Assembly: GCF_000181795.1 (NCBI RefSeq)
Contig: NW_003526943.1
Location: 622,487 to 686,486, forward strand
Reading direction: 5' to 3'
Source of the DNA: Trichinella spiralis
Taxonomy: Eukaryota
Length of the DNA stretch: 64,000 nucleotides
Below, in pieces: positions 26,270-44,277 of this stretch (its first letter is position 1; the number at the start of each line of letters is the position of its first letter). The notes beneath the pieces are model-generated. The model searched no databases, was not told the DNA's origin, and was given only the letters and a program-made list of their open reading frames with translations. Made by a program: the position numbers and the translations under genes.

Positions 26270-29200
26270 ATGCTGAAAATTTGCCATTCTGCGTTACATA
26301 AAAAAAGTAAAAGCAGAGAAAGTGGCGAAAACGTTGATAGTTCAACAAATGGATCATTTATAACAAAAATTGAAAATATGGATGAAAGCCCAAATGACAG
26401 TAGTGCAATGATTAGTAATTTTGAGTCATCATCCAAAGAATTTAATGAAACAATTCCTGAGCGTGAAACTTGGTCCAAAAAAATGGACTTTCTACTTTCT
26501 GTTATTGGATTTGCTGTTGATTTGGCAAATGTCTGGCGTTTTCCTTACCTTTGTTTCAAAAATGGCGGAGGTAAGCAATTCTTTTTAGTATTTATTTTAC
26601 TTATAAAAAATATCAAACTCTAAAAATTTAGGAGCTTTTCTCATACCGTACTTAATTATGCTCATGCTCACGGGAATTCCTCTATTTTATATGGAACTCG
26701 TATTGGGGCAGTACTTCCGAAAAGGCGCTATAACAACATGGGGAAACGTATGTCCTTTATTTAAAGGTATAATAAAATCTTTTGTTGCATGGGAAGCATA
26801 ATTTTCATTTAAAAAAGCATGCAGTTCTTAAAACATATTTTACATTTTAATTTCAACAAAATCTATGTTTGTTGATAATTTTATAAATTAAAAGAATATA
26901 TTTTTTTAATTTGGATCAACTTTCAATCTTTTTACAGGTATTGGCTACTGCGTGGTTATGATAGCATTTTATACCGATTTATTTTACAACGTAATAATTG
27001 CCTGGTCGTTTAATTTTCTCTTCCACTCTTTCACAAGCGAACTGCCATGGTATTCTTGCAATCATAGCTGGAATAGTCCTAACTGCTATAGTAAAACTGT
27101 TTCATGGAACATGTCTGACACCGGGGGTATTTACTCTCAATGTGCTCCGCAAATGGATATCAATGCAAGTCAGCATTTCAACCCTGTTTCATCTGCTGAT
27201 GAATATTACTAGTAATGTGATTAAAACATTTATTTCAGCACTTAAAATCTTTTCTATTTCAAAATTGGAGAAGTTTAATAATACAGTCGGCAGGGTAATA
27301 AATAAGTACGCTGCGTAATATGCGATGTTTGAATAAAGATTATCTTTAAAATACAATCTACAAGACATACTGTATATGTATATTCTTTAGATAAGGTTGC
27401 ACTGCAGTGTACTATACTGTAATGCGTTTATTGTAAATTTAATATTACTTTTGAAAATGTACTTCTAAATTTATTCTTTTATTTATATAAGTAATTTGAG
27501 ATGTTAAAACAACTGATTTTAGAATAAACAAGAAATATTCTATTTTTTTGGCGTATTAATCTTTACATTTATTTAAATGAAGTGCATTAACATTTTTTAA
27601 CATAAGCTGATTAGTTTTGCTTTATTAAAATTATTTGTAAGTTTTAAAAATATTTTTAAAATATTAACTTGCCTTTTAGGTCTCAGATATTATTTTTTAA
27701 TATTTAATACTTATGTATTATTGCAATTTAGTTCTAGAATGCTCGGCTTTCGAAATATAAATGGCTCTGCAACAGCAACTATTGAAAACCTTGGAAAGCT
27801 TCAGTGGGAAATTGTTCTATGTGTTCTTCTGGTATATGTTATATGTTATTTCAGCTTGTGGAAAGGGATCAAAATGTCTGGAAAGGTAAGGCTGTATTAT
27901 CACAAGTACTTATACTTAGATAGCTTTATTAACATTTCAATATTAAATTAAATTCATATTAAGCATGTTTATCAAAACTAAATTTTGAGCAATATTATTA
28001 TTGTTTTATTATTGTAATTCTGTTTATTATATATTCAGTTGTTATAACTTTTTATTCTGAATTAAAAAATAAAGAATTTATAAAAATTTTGAATTAAAAT
28101 TAGACATTGAGATTGTTATGCTTTATCGAAATCTTGATAGCTCAATGTCATGTAATTATGAAACGTAGTATGTATATTATTAAAATTCTAAATATTTATT
28201 CATAAAGCATATGTTTATTCATTTATAAAGCAAAATATTTGTTCATTTTATTTATTTCTTATTGATTAAAGGGAAAAATTACCAGTAAAAGATATCAAAT
28301 ACTATCAGGTCAGCAATAAAATAATAAGCAAAAATTTATTTAAATAAGTTACTGTAAATATTTTGTTTTACTTAATTATCAGTGAATGAAATGGAATAAA
28401 ATGCAAGGAAACTGACAACAGTATCATCTAACTAAAGAATCAATAAATCACAAAGATGCTCCAAATAAGAAAAAATAAATAAAAGCGGCATGACAGTTAA
28501 AATAGTAACTTTATTGTTTTAAAAGTATACAGTTAAAAAAAGTTGTTTTAAGTGAGTTCAGTATTACATCGAACGTTGTAAGATAGAATAGGTATGGTTG
28601 TTGTTTTTCAAATACAGCACAAAAATAGAATAAAATATGAGTATAAATTAGTGAAATGATTGTTAATAAAAATGTTAAAGAACATTCAATTTATTACCAT
28701 TTTTATTAAGGTTGTTTGGTTTACCGCACTTTTTCCTTATGTGGTCCTTCTTGTACTTTTTATACGCGGCATAACGCTTCCTGGTTCATTAGAAGGAATA
28801 AAATACTACTTATATCCAAACATAAATAAACTGACGAAAGGACAAGTAAGTATTTATTGCTTATAACTGATACCGCAAATCAAGAATGTTTAAGGTGTGG
28901 ATCGATGCTGCTACTCAAGTTTTTTTCTCGCTTGGTCCAGGATTTGGGGTACTTTTGGCATTTTCTAGCTACAATAAATTTCACAACAACGTCTATTTGT
29001 AATAGATAATGTTTAATTTTTTCAATATGCATCTAGACATATGACAAGATAAATTTTTTTCAAATAGTGATGCCCTGTTGACAAGCAGCATTAACTGTGG
29101 CACTAGTTTCATTGCTGGATTTGTGGTTTTTTCCATTCTTGGCTATATGTCTTGTATATCTGGTGAATCAATCGACACTGTTGCGAGAGAAGGTATGAAT

Positions 29201-30216
29201 TCAAATTAAAAATGTTTAATGACAATTTTAACATTTTTAGGACCAGGACTTGTTTTTGTCGTATATCCTCAAGCACTGGCAACAATGCCTGGCTCTACAT
29301 TTTGGTCAATTTTATTCTTCTTAATGCTTATAACTTTAGGTCTTGACAGTTCGGTAACATTTTTAAGCAGATCTATTAAGTGCATTATAAAATTCAGTTT
29401 AATCCATACTTTTAGTTTGGTGGTTCAGAAGCAATAATTACTGCACTGAGTGATGAATTCCCTATAGTCAAAAAGCATCGTGAAATATTTGTTTTACTTT
29501 TATTTGCTTTTTATTTTTTCTTTGATTTACTGATATGCACCCAAGTAATCAGTTATATAATAATATGAAATAAACTAATTATTTTATTTCAGGCTGGTTT
29601 GTTATTTATTGAGTTTATGAATTATTATGCAGCTTCGTGGGGATTACTTATGGCAGTTTCATTTGAAACAATAGTGATTTCTTGGATCTACGGTAATTTA
29701 TGGCTTAATTTATCTCTAAGTGTTTTAATTTATAATAATGCAGGTATGCCACGATTTGTGAAAAATATCGACGATATGCTTGGTTTTAAGCCAGGCTTTT
29801 TCTGGCGTTTCTGTTGGGCATATGTTAGCCCCGTTTTACTTCTGGTAAAACTTCAGACATGCCATATAAGAATAATATAATGTTCAATGTACAATTTTAG
29901 GCAAATATGACTTATGGTTTTGTTGTACATCAACCTCTTCAAGTGCAAGATTACAATTTCCCAGAGTGGATGAATGTGCTTGGATGGATTTTTGCATTTT
30001 CTTCCCCTTCGATTATATTTATTATTGCAGTTTTTCAGCTGTTTAGATTTCCTGGAACAACCATTAAACAGGTGAAGAGTAAATACATGAATATAATTAT
30101 ATGCTGTGCTCTTCATTTTATAATCAGTTTTCTGTTATTAGAAATTTATTGCTTGCATCACTCCTGTAATACAAGAAGATGTGAATAACGAATCACCTGC
30201 AGTTTATAAACTTTAA
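26270..30216 (+). CDS. dat-1: SLC6 sodium-dependent monoamine transporter, dopamine-transporter type; about 13 exons, start tentative
   Basis: [37 protein letters not shown] has the TM1 Asp and the AVDLAN pattern of DAT/NET rather than SERT AVDLGN. Also [37 protein letters not shown] and [15 protein letters not shown]. Confidence 0.88.
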
Positions 30217-32146
30217 TAATGTTTATTTCAGTAAAACATGCATCATGTTCATAATCAGTCTTATTCATGATATTAAAATGAACTATATTAGATATATTTT
30301 GTTTTGAAAAATAATTTCAAAAACTGGAAAATGTCCTTCAAATAAATAATTTGCATAATCTCACTTTAACATATGATGATAATTTTTTATCAATATAATC
30401 AATGAAATTCTGCATCAGTAAGAAACACTTGCCCAGTCACATGATAATTGCCTACACCAGTGAAGGAAACGAACCGACAGAATTTCTTCTCCAATCATGT
30501 GAAAAATTTGTTCGATGTGGGAATAAATCCGCTCTCCATGCTCATTATGCATTTTGGAATATGATCCTGTTCTGATAGTGCCCTTTTTCTATTGTAATGG
30601 CATGGTTTTTGTGCTTGTTTGACATTTTTGTTTCAGTCGAAGCTTCCTCCCATTCTTAGCATTACTAGATCACCGCTTTTCCGTCTAATGGCACTACTCA
30701 TTTCACTGTTTTGTCAATTCTTGTTCAAGCTTGGCCAAACATCTCGAACCCAACTAGACAGCTTTGAACGTTAGTTTTATTGATGAAAACATTTCATTCA
30801 TGACAGCATTATTATTAATTCCATGAACTGTTTCCTACAAGCTTATCCGGCTTCAGCTTGCAATCATACTTGTAAAAATTCCCCACAAAACGGAAAAATC
30901 TAATTTCATCCATACAGACAAAATATAACAAGCCTATTTTTGCATTGGGGTGGTTTTACTCGGTCCCGCTTTTCTCTCATTGATTAAATTTTGCATTAAC
31001 AAAGAACTGACGAATAAATCGAATATTCACTTTCGATTAAATTAGATGTTTACTTATACTGCATTATTATGATCAACAAATTTTGTTCATTTTTGAACAA
31101 ATATCAACACTATTATTTCTATTTATATTAGTAATTAATTATATCTAACAAATTCTCAACAAAAATCAATCAAGTCGATAAAATATTTTACGTTTACAAT
31201 CAACCCAGTGCTCTTCAATGCAATAGCTAATAGTCACACAACTAATTGTTCATGTACTATGTAATTATAATCCTTAATTAAACATTCTAAAATTTGAGTT
31301 TAACGCTTTACATTTTTCAGAATTGAATGATCTCAAAACTTGCTACATTTTATTCAAAATAGTATTTACATAAATTTCAAACTTGAAAGTACGAGTTACA
31401 ATAATTATACTGTATCACATATATTTAGAAAAGCACTTTAGATAGAAAAATAAAATTCAGATTTTAACTAATTTTAAACACAAATCATGCTTAACAAATA
31501 TTCTCCGCGTTACATTCGTTTTAAACAACAAAATTTATAACTGCATCACCTTATTTTAAAATAATTTATATAACAGAAACCACACAATACAAATAATAAC
31601 CCCCAACATATGCTTGACATTAACATCACGTGTTAAACACGATAAACAGGATGCGTGTTCCAAATAGCGAACTAGCTTTATGAAACTCTACCAACATCAT
31701 TACTCAAATGCTCAAGCATAAAACTTTCATTACATTCACCTCACGGTCACCATATTTAATATAAAACATAGTAAAAAAGCAAAATTCAAATTTGGTTTTA
31801 CCGAATGTGAACTTTTTCAATTTCATCGCATTATTCGCTTTACAATTCATTACTAACGTTTATTACAAATTAAATTTCGAACTTCCAAAAAGCAACAACA
31901 GAATAGCTCAGCAAATTCACAACCACAAAAAATTCAAAAGATAAAACATTATACATTTGTTTGTTTCCAATCAGCTTCAATCGACTGCCCGAAGACATGA
32001 TACATGACATGCCACACAAGTGAATGATACCGAAGATTATCACAAGAAGTCACCAGACAAAAAATAACATTTAGAACTATCATTATTGGAAAACAACAGA
32101 GAGATTGAGAATTAATTTAGAAAAGCAATAAAAATGACAACGCATT

Positions 32147-32773
32147 TCAAATATCGTTTCCCATTTTTGCACTGTTCGTAATCAAAATTCCACAAATTAC
32201 ACCAAAAAGTCCAATAGCACTGGCAAATATTTCAATGATGAGAATTTTCACAAATAAAGATGGATTTTGAGCGTCGGCAAGCGCAGCACCACTGCCAACA
32301 ATGCCAACACATATTCCACAAAATAAGTTAGCAAAGCCTACCGTCAAACCAGCGCCAAACATCTCATAACCAGCGGCAAGATTGGTTGATAAAACTCGAA
32401 AAGACGCATTTTCCGGATCAAATGGCTGCTGTTTACTGCCAATTACAATGGCCATAATTATGCCATATATTGCAACCGCTTCGCAGAAAATTATGCTCAC
32501 CAAATTCTTCGTTCGTATTCGAGGTGCTTTAATGCCACCACCAACAATGCTAGCACCGGTCAAAAATATGCCCCATGCAGCTCCGAGGACGCTAAGAGAA
32601 ATGGCAAACGCAATTCCCAAACTGCTCCAAAGTTGTGGAGACGTATTGCTGAGAAACCATCCAAAATCTACACGGTGTCCTTTACCAGTTAACAGATAGT
32701 AAAAGCTCAAAATGGTTATGCCAGCGGTGGCAACACCACCAACGGTAGAAGCTGTTGCAACGACCCTCCCCAT
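32147..32773 (-). CDS. vha-4: V-type ATPase 21-kDa proteolipid subunit c'' (ATP6V0B), intronless
   Basis: [22 protein letters not shown] and [32 protein letters not shown]. Confidence 0.95.
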   Translation of the reverse strand: MGRVVATASTVGGVATAGITILSFYYLLTGKGHRVDFGWFLSNTSPQLWSSLGIAFAISLSVLGAAWGIFLTGASIVGGGIKAPRIRTKNLVSIIFCEAVAIYGIIMAIVIGSKQQPFDPENASFRVLSTNLAAGYEMFGAGLTVGFANLFCGICVGIVGSGAALADAQNPSLFVKILIIEIFASAIGLFGVICGILITNSAKMGNDI

Positions 32774-33056
32774 CACGATGTAATGAATTACACTACAGTA
32801 TGAAGCAAATGATAATAAAGATTTAACAGTGGTACTGTAGCATCACTTTCTGTTTGCTTACAAAACATTTATTAGTTAAAAAAATGTACCTTTGATAAAA
32901 CTCCAATTCCTTACAGCAATCTTGAATATTTATTACAAAAATCAGTTATCAATAAATTTTAAGTAGCTATAATTCCACCAATTCCTACAAATTTAGCGAT
33001 AGCACAGTTGTTTTACCAGATTGAAAAAAATAGCTATAAATCATATTAAAAAATCA

Positions 33057-34385
33057 TCAGTCGTCTTTCAAAAATTCACCAGTTCTCCAATCAACTTGTT
33101 TCTTCAAGTAATACATGCCTCCACCTGAAATAGAATTTTCCACAGCCAATGCAAGAAAGAGTGGAGTTTCTGCGCCTTCATCAGGTGTTAATGTCCCTTT
33201 GTGACTACTCATGTCAGTAGCCACATAGCCAGGACAACACTAAAGTAGAAACATTAAGCAATATAAATAATAAAAGAAAACAATCAACTATAAGTACCGC
33301 ATTCACTACAATATCTTCACGGCTATCTTTGTCCATTTCTCTCTGCAATATCTTAGTCATAGCAATAACGGCTATTTTGGACATAGCATATGCAGAATTT
33401 GGATAACCAAAATCAGTATGCACATTATTTTTTGCAGATCTAATCATAAAATTTATACAATGGCATCATTTTAACAAGTAATATAACCTTACTCAACAAA
33501 ATGATTTACAATGCTGTTCAAATTTTCCATTTTTAATTCAGCAGATTCGAGGCGTTTCTTTAAATCTTCATTGCTTATTTTTTTGAGAAGGCCAAGTTGA
33601 CTGGCAACAATCACTACTCTAAAACGGCAATTAGCAACAAAATCTAAAATAACTACCTCTCAATAGCATATGCCTACCTAGCATGCGGAGATAAAAGTGG
33701 AAAAAACTGTTCACAAACTTGTTTTGTGCCCCAATAATTAACCTTCATCGTTTCATAAGCCTGTTCTCCAAATGGAACTGTGCTGTTACACTGAAGAATA
33801 TCCCGAATACTTTAATGATTATGCAGAGAAATCAATTTTACTTTGAAAGCAATTCCTGCATTATTTATTAAAATATCGATTCTTCCATGTTCTTTCATTA
33901 AATATTCTTTAGCCCGAATAACACTATCTTTGTCACTAATATCCAACTGATAGAAACGCAATTCTTTACACGCACGTTTTGGCACTTCTGCAATTATTCT
34001 TACAACAGCATCTTTCCCCAATTCCTCATTTCTGGCTAAAAGAACATAATCAACAAATAGTAATATAAAAGTTATTCAACCACTACATCGTCGATTTATT
34101 AAAATTGAAAAGTATTTACGATTTTAATTATGACACTACTAAAAAATTATAAATAATAAACATGAAAATAGCACCCATACAAAACAACAATCTTTCACAC
34201 TATACTATATTTTAAAAGTTTTACCTGTCAAATAAACAGTACCAGTAAAAAGTTTGCACAATCCTTTAGCTATTGCATAGCCAATACCTTTATTTGCACC
34301 TGTTACCTAAACAACACCGTTATCAATTTCCTTCAAAATAAATTAAAGAAAAGAGTTCACTTACCAATGCTACTTTATTATCCAT
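33057..34385 (-). CDS. Carbonyl reductase (NADPH)-like short-chain dehydrogenase/reductase, multi-exon
   Basis: VALVTGANKGIG (TGxxxGxG), DILINNAGIAFK, YAMSK (YxxxK) and CCPGYVATDM. Confidence 0.9.
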
Positions 34386-34558
34386 TACAAATACCTATCT
34401 AATAATGATCGTCATTTAATTTTAAAGAAAATAACATATTTAAAAAGTATGACAGATGCTTCACTGTTCGCTGTTCAAAGTAATTCAAGCAAAACGTAGG
34501 CGTGTAGTTTCTTTACAAAAAAATTATGTAAAAGCGTAAAATATTCAAATAAACCAAG

Positions 34559-36217
<1,659 letters not shown>

Positions 36218-36759
36218 GGCTTTAAAAAGACAGACAACAAAAGACAACAAAACGAAACGACGAATATACAGTAACCTTTTGAAAAAAGTGTTAATCACAT
36301 TGTACTGTAATGTATTATTTGCAATTAAATAAATGTATATTATAAATAAAAATAATACAATAAAATTATACGTTTTAAAGAAATCGGATCAACTTAAATG
36401 CTTAAAATAAAAATAATGGACTATCATAGGAATACAATAAAACCTGAGTAATATATTACTGTAGTTTTAATTTCTTTTATCTACTGAAATATTTCTTTAG
36501 TTATATTGCTTTTATTTAAATATACTTAGCGAAATAAATACTAAATTCCCGTATTAAGTAGTTTTTTATTTTCCATTTATTATATAGATAGTTGCGCAGC
36601 ACTTCATATGCTAAATATTGGAATGCATAATTGATATTTAATGTAAAATAAATTGCATTTTATAGCTACTGAAAGTATTGGATTCAAGAAACATTAATTT
36701 TATGATAATTTGTTATTATAATTATTTGATGAATTATTACATGTGTGAATTCTGTAAGA

Positions 36760-38312
36760 ATGTCACAGCAGCAGTACCGGTACGAATCTAGTCATGTAAC
36801 TTTACATTCGGATACGGATAATGATGACGAAGATGAAGAATTTTCTGCTTATGTATTGCCAAATTCGTATTCCGGTGGTAAAAGTACTTATAAACTGGCA
36901 CAAAAGATACGGAACAAATTAGAAGCTGAAAGTGTGGACAAAGCATTGGGTATTTTTTATAGATATACTTTAATAATAAATATTAATCTGGATGATTTTT
37001 TAAATTTAGATCTTGATGGCAGTCTTCGATCACTTAATAAAATTTACTCTTTGATGCCTGATTTGAATAGACTTCCTAAAGATGAAGTAGCACAACTGTG
37101 CGCTGAAAGCGTTTTATACAACAAAAGTATTTTATTGTTTGGATTAATTTTTGCTACCTTGCGATTTTAGATGATCTGATCGTGTTGAACAAACCCTATG
37201 GGTTACCTGTGACAAATGGTGCCGGCATGTTTGTAAGTTTGAAAATTATATTGCCTATCTTGAAAGAGCTTATTTCTGCGAAAAGTGAAATTCTTCGCCC
37301 TGTTCATCGATTAGATCGATGCACTACAGGTGTTCTGATGTTAGCAAGGTATCTTTTTATTTTTATATACATTTATATATTTGCATTTACATGTTTACTG
37401 TTGATATTTTTAGTAGCAAGTTTAGATTCTTGGAACTGAAAGATATGTTTAAAAGAGAAGAAATAAAAAAAACTTACATTTGTATTACAAAATTGGTACC
37501 AAATCCTTCTTCTGGTATTGTTAATAATGAACACACACACACACATATTGTTATTCGTATATTTATATTTAGGCGTTATTGAAGCAGCTCTAGGAGAAAG
37601 GAGAATTTCTGGGCGATTTAAGGTAATAAATAATTCGATGGCTGTACTTTATTTATTATGACTTTTTCTAGACTTCACCTTTGTCAATTAATTTAAAAGG
37701 AAAAGAAAAATGTCTAAACAGTGGTGCTGATGCAAAAATAGTAAAAACAGAATACAGTACTTTAAGTGTTGGAGAAAAATGTGCACTTATTAAATGTACT
37801 ACATACACCGGTGAGGCAGTTCATTATACTGAATTATTGCATTGACTTTATTTACTTATTTAAGTATAAAAGTTAATAAGTATGTTAATTGTATAATGAA
37901 TTTTAAAGTATTTTGCTTAGGTATGAAGCATCAAATCCGTTGTCATATGGGTTTGTGTTTTGGTCATCCAATTGTTGGGGATCACAAATATTCGGATTTT
38001 GTTGGGAATCGACCACAGGTGACCACATTTAAAAAATAATAATGCAGTGGTTTAAAGCGTTTATGCTTTAGAGACTGCCTTCTGAAATGTTGCATAAGCT
38101 TGGTATTCGTTCAAGTAAATCCAGACATCTGCCTTTATATTTACATGCTTCAGAGGTTTTTCCATAAATTTGCACAAGTATTTTTCTTATTCCAATTTTA
38201 GACATTTTAGATAGAAATTCCAGAATTTCCAAAGCAGAAAAATTTATCTGTCAAAGCACCCCTTCCTAATTTTTTTCTTTATACTTTGAAAAGATTGCGA
38301 TTGCGAGTTTGA
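36760..38312 (+). CDS. RluA-family RNA pseudouridine synthase (RPUSD4-like), multi-exon; 5' end uncertain
   Basis: VLNKPYGL, VHRLDRCTTG (catalytic Asp), TGMKHQIRCH, HPIVGDHKY and LYLHA. Confidence 0.88.
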
Positions 38313-38495
38313 GTTTCTGTAGTGTATTTTGCACATTTTGTTGAATGAATAAATTTACATATATTATTGTGTTTTTGTATTAAAAGTTTTTTTTTATTTG
38401 AAGTATTCGCTTTAAATACTTGTGACAACTTTTACTGTTTTTATTAATTAACAGATAAGGACGCTGTTGTACAATAGAATTTGGAATGAAAACGT

Positions 38496-39472
38496 ATGGA
38501 AAGAATGCGCTTTGTAATTTTGGGTTTTCTTAATCCATACCATTGGGATGTGAAAGTGCTGATTGATGAATTTGCGGAATGGAAAGATTTTGAAAGCTTA
38601 CCTCCGTCTGAAGTGAAAGCTTTGACAGATGCTTTTAATGCAAACGTTCGTTTTAATGCTGGTGCATCATCTAGTCATTTAGTAAAGAAGATCAAAGTGC
38701 CCGGGCGTTTGTATCGACGTTTTATATGCTGTTTGAGGAATACGTATTTATTCAATCAGATTATTTCGCATTGGGCATCTTTTGAGAAAAGTGACAAGTC
38801 ATTAAATATATGTTGGTTAATTTGCAGAATATATAATCCTGAACTTTATTTTGATATGAGAGGGTGAGTAGTGAATATTGGTATTGTATTACATTTTTGG
38901 TGATTTGAAATTTTAGTAGTTTGATGATGATGTCATTTTTAAATTATCATCTGGAACTTGAAAAGTTCATGTGGATTCTTTCAACATTTGGTGGTGCGTT
39001 TTCAGCGTACGGTGACTATAATGAAGATTTTGTAAGTCATTGAAGTTTTGTTTTCACTTGTTTTGATTTGGAATTTTTATTTTCAAGGCTGTCAAAGCAA
39101 GTGCCATTTCTGTAAAGCAACTTGAAATTGCAATGAAGCTTGGCAATCCGGTATTGATAAGTCGTTGCAAATTGTACCTCTCTCTTAGTCTTATTCAGAG
39201 AGGCTACTTTCGTCTAGCAAAACGCATTATCAGGTAAATTATTAAATTATAGATGTGTCGATTTTTAATAAAAGTTGTTTAATAAGTTAATAATAAATGA
39301 AGATTTTATTTTTTTCCGTTAACTGAGTTTGGTATATTCGATGTTTAGGGAGCAGTTCAAGTTGTGGGAAAAGGTGGAAGTTTCTGATGGGAATTTGATC
39401 CGCAAAATTTGCCGGGGTATATGGACACGGTTGAATAATGAAAAGCGACGTCACATGCATGCAGTGCAATAA
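38496..39472 (+). CDS. Conserved uncharacterised protein, DUF4807-like, 4 exons
   Basis: Spliced frame contains WILSTFGGAFSAYGD, QLEIAMKLGNPVLISRCKLYLSLSLIQRG and ICRGIWTRL. Family assignment is from memory of the motif and is unverified. Confidence 0.7.
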
Positions 39473-39569
39473 TAATTCTGATGGTTCGCATAAAGAGGCA
39501 TTCAATGAATCGGATACGTGTGTTATGATACCAGTATAACAGATAGAAAAGACAAGAATATGACAATTT

Positions 39570-40841
<1,272 letters not shown>

Positions 40842-41961
40842 TTAATTTTCAACTACATTGAATGAATATATGAATATTCAAATTCGATAATGAATAACAT
40901 TTGGTTGAAGTTTTACATGTTTGCAGTTAATTTAATTTGAATTGGTTTCATTGAAAATTATTCACAAAGCATAATATATTACAAAGAATTCATTGTATAA
41001 TATATTACTTAAATATGTAAAAACAAAACGAAAAAAATTTTTAACAAAAAATATTTTAATAATGTTTTGTTAAACAGATCGCTGTTTCATTACTGTGCTA
41101 TGTAATGCAATATGCAGTGGAATGCATATTCGGTTTGAAAGCTTTTTAGTTATAAAAAATAACCAATACTTGATATTCAAGCGGTATGACAGATAAAAAT
41201 TTGCATTAATTATTTCAAAATATCATCATTTTGTTAGAGCGTCATATCTTCTTGAATTATTAATTGGTATCTAAATATTTATATTAGTTATATTAGTCAT
41301 TTATTTTAAAGATCACAGACAATATTATTATTTCTTTTATTAAAATGAATGAATAAGTATTCAATATTTGCAAACATCTGATGTTATTGTCATTTTTGTA
41401 TTATTCGATGTAATTTCGCTATTTCAAAGAAAAAATTTATTTAAAAAAATTTATCTTTATTGTATTTTTATATAATTTGTATTTTTTACTGACAATAAAT
41501 TGAACCTATCAATTCATTCTTGATAAATAATTTTTCAAAATTGCAATGCAATGAAAATGTGGAACTCTAACCTTGGTTGGTTGATCAACAGACTCCAAGG
41601 TCACAAATGACAGTTTAAAGCAGATGTTTTTTAAAAATTGAATAGAAATTTTTTGCAAAACACGTTCTCACTTAATTTATACTGGAACGCTTTATCTATA
41701 CTTTTAAATAATATTGTCAAGTTTTATTTGCATTTTTAATTAGTATTACTTTTAAAATTATAGTATCTTCATCTAAAAAATTTTCAAGTTGTCTCTTAAA
41801 GCTATTGTTAAAAGAAAAAAGTTTAATAATTTCAAAGCATATAAAAAGAGCATAACAGTTCATCAAAATTTAACAAAAAACTAATAAAAGTCATGCATAA
41901 ATTTAAGATTTTATCTAAAATGAATAAATTTCAATATTTTAGTTTAATGAGTGAATTGGCA

Positions 41962-42203
41962 NNNNNNNNNNNNNNNNNNNNNNNNNNNNNNNNNNNNNNN
42001 NNNNNNNNNNNNNNNNNNNNNNNNNNNNNNNNNNNNNNNNNNNNNNNNNNNNNNNNNNNNNNNNNNNNNNNNNNNNNNNNNNNNNNNNNNNNNNNNNNNN
42101 NNNNNNNNNNNNNNNNNNNNNNNNNNNNNNNNNNNNNNNNNNNNNNNNNNNNNNNNNNNNNNNNNNNNNNNNNNNNNNNNNNNNNNNNNNNNNNNNNNNN
42201 NNN
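41962..42203. other. Assembly gap (242 N)
   Basis: Run of N; the ORFs spanning it are artefacts. Confidence 1.
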
Positions 42204-44277
42204 ATGTAGCAATCTGATATGGCAAAAAAATGATTACACATTTCATTACAAAGCCGTCATTAATATAAAATTTTATAATAATTAGAAAAAGAATTTAAAA
42301 CTTAAATATTATTGAAAGTTAATATGCGTAGAGCATGTGAAAATTAAGCACCTAAATGATTTTAGATGGCTACATGTTTAATGATTAAATTTATTGATTC
42401 AGTCTATGAATAACCAATTTAAATACTTGCATAAAAAGTTTTATTACGTGCATGCAAACAATTAATAATTGCAGATAGAGCAGAAAATCCTTTAATTGAT
42501 GCTTCTGTGTCATCAGAAGACATTTTAATTCTGCAAATCATCGGATTCGAAAATCAAAGCAGTCAACTAATTAAATTTCATCTGCAATGTTTGCAAGTTC
42601 AGCAGTCTGACCTTTCTAAATTTAGTACCAGCTGTAGTGCAATACTCCAACAGGAATCATTAAAATCTGAAATTACTCTGTTATCTCCGCATTCACTGCT
42701 TCAACATTCATCATGCCTAGTTTTGAAGTTCAGCTTTATGAATAAGCTTAAACAATAAGAAAAGAAAAGAAACTCTCACAACTATTCCGTGAAACCAATG
42801 ATAAACACTCCAATAGAAAATACTTTTTATCGCATGTGGGAAATATCATTAGAACAATGCCGTTCTTAGATTTTTTTACCGAGTAAAACCACCCCCTATT
42901 TGCCGTTTTGTTTTGTATGCATATCCATATTTTTGCAACATTCCACTTTGTCGAAATCATTAAATTCGTAACGGACCGCTGGCTCGAGCAGGCTCGTCCG
43001 CTTCTTCCACCAGATTATTGGTGCGTCCATCGCTATTTGGTATTGACTGGCGCATTTCTTTTCCTTTCTGTCTCGCGCTTTCCTGATGGCATTGCGACAA
43101 TAAAACAACAAACGATGAGTATATACTTTATTAAACAATCAGAAGCAAAGACCGACGACGATGTAACAACGAACACACTTTTTTTGGCAACTTGCCAACC
43201 GCTCCTGTAAACAACCACTACCGTACTCCGCCTCTGATCTTTCATATCTTATTCTTCATACAGTAGCTTTAGTTTTCTTCCACTTCATTTTTTGCAGGAA
43301 AAATTTCATTAGCTCGGTCCATGTCCGTTGCAAATTGCTTCTATATTAACACTACTTTCGCTCTCACAAAATATATTAACTCCAATTCTAGAAGCGGCCA
43401 GTAAAGTCAAGTGCATTTCCTTTCTAAAGAAACTGACAAGGATTAACACAAGCAGTCGCATTTATTAAATTTCTCTGCTAATGCTAATCAGAGCTGAATA
43501 TAGTTACCACATGATTAATCACATTATGCAACTCGTAGATTTGAATCGAAATTCTAGTTTTACATTTCTCAGACTTTTAAAAAGTATGAACTTCTTCATA
43601 ACTTTAATTACAAAGTGCATTAAGTTTATACTTACATATCACATTACTGTAATGAGAAGTAAAAGCCATAGCTATTCTACTACTTGTAGTCGTTGTAAAA
43701 TCGTGATTTTACTGTCTTTTTTTGAATTAAAAGTTTCTGAAGTTAGTATCATGCTTATAAATATAAATAAAGCGAAGGCCGCCACATCGTTAGGCATATA
43801 TGTTGATGAATGGAAATAAATATTGAAGCATTCGCATGAATTTCAAACACGCGTAATGCTTTCAAATTATTCATGATGCACACCTGCAATTTGCTTCCGT
43901 ACAGTTAGAAAGATTACTGCGCTTACATTTACACTGTTCAACTTGTGTTTCTACTTTATAATGATATAACATTTTCGCGTCGATTTCTGTTTGCTTAGAT
44001 TTGGTTTTGTTTAAAATATCAATAATAATTTATTTTTTGTATAAGCTGATTGAATTTTAGGTGAAACTTATTTAAGTATATTTATTCCCTTATACTTTCT
44101 ACAAATTGATTTGAAAGATGAACGTAATTTTTTATCCTGAAATTATCCATAAAACTTTTATAAAATTTATTTTTGAAAGTTAATATGAGTTAATGTTAAC
44201 ACTTTTGAATGTCATTTGTGCCTGAAAATCTGTTTATGGTTGTTGATAAATTGTTATGACAAGTTGTGCGCTGAAAT

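Noticed and set aside
27282..27421. TA-CAGT...ACTG-TA as a Tc1/mariner MITE in a dat-1 intron
   Set aside because: The inverted match does not extend beyond 4-5 bp.
31621..31636. CACGTG E-box as a TFEB/HLH-30 site for vha-4
   Set aside because: A single hexamer lying downstream of the gene; expected by chance.
32382..32699. Antisense ORFs over vha-4 (and similar ones over the neprilysins, NOG1 and OAT)
   Set aside because: Shadow frames of real genes, with no independent coding evidence.
41893..42285. Five ORFs of 88-130 aa
   Set aside because: Artefacts of the N gap.
42896..43245. Overlapping short ORFs (e.g. MDAPIIWWKKR) as Ovo 5' exons or a hAT dimerisation remnant
   Set aside because: No recognisable motif continuation or splice path could be established.
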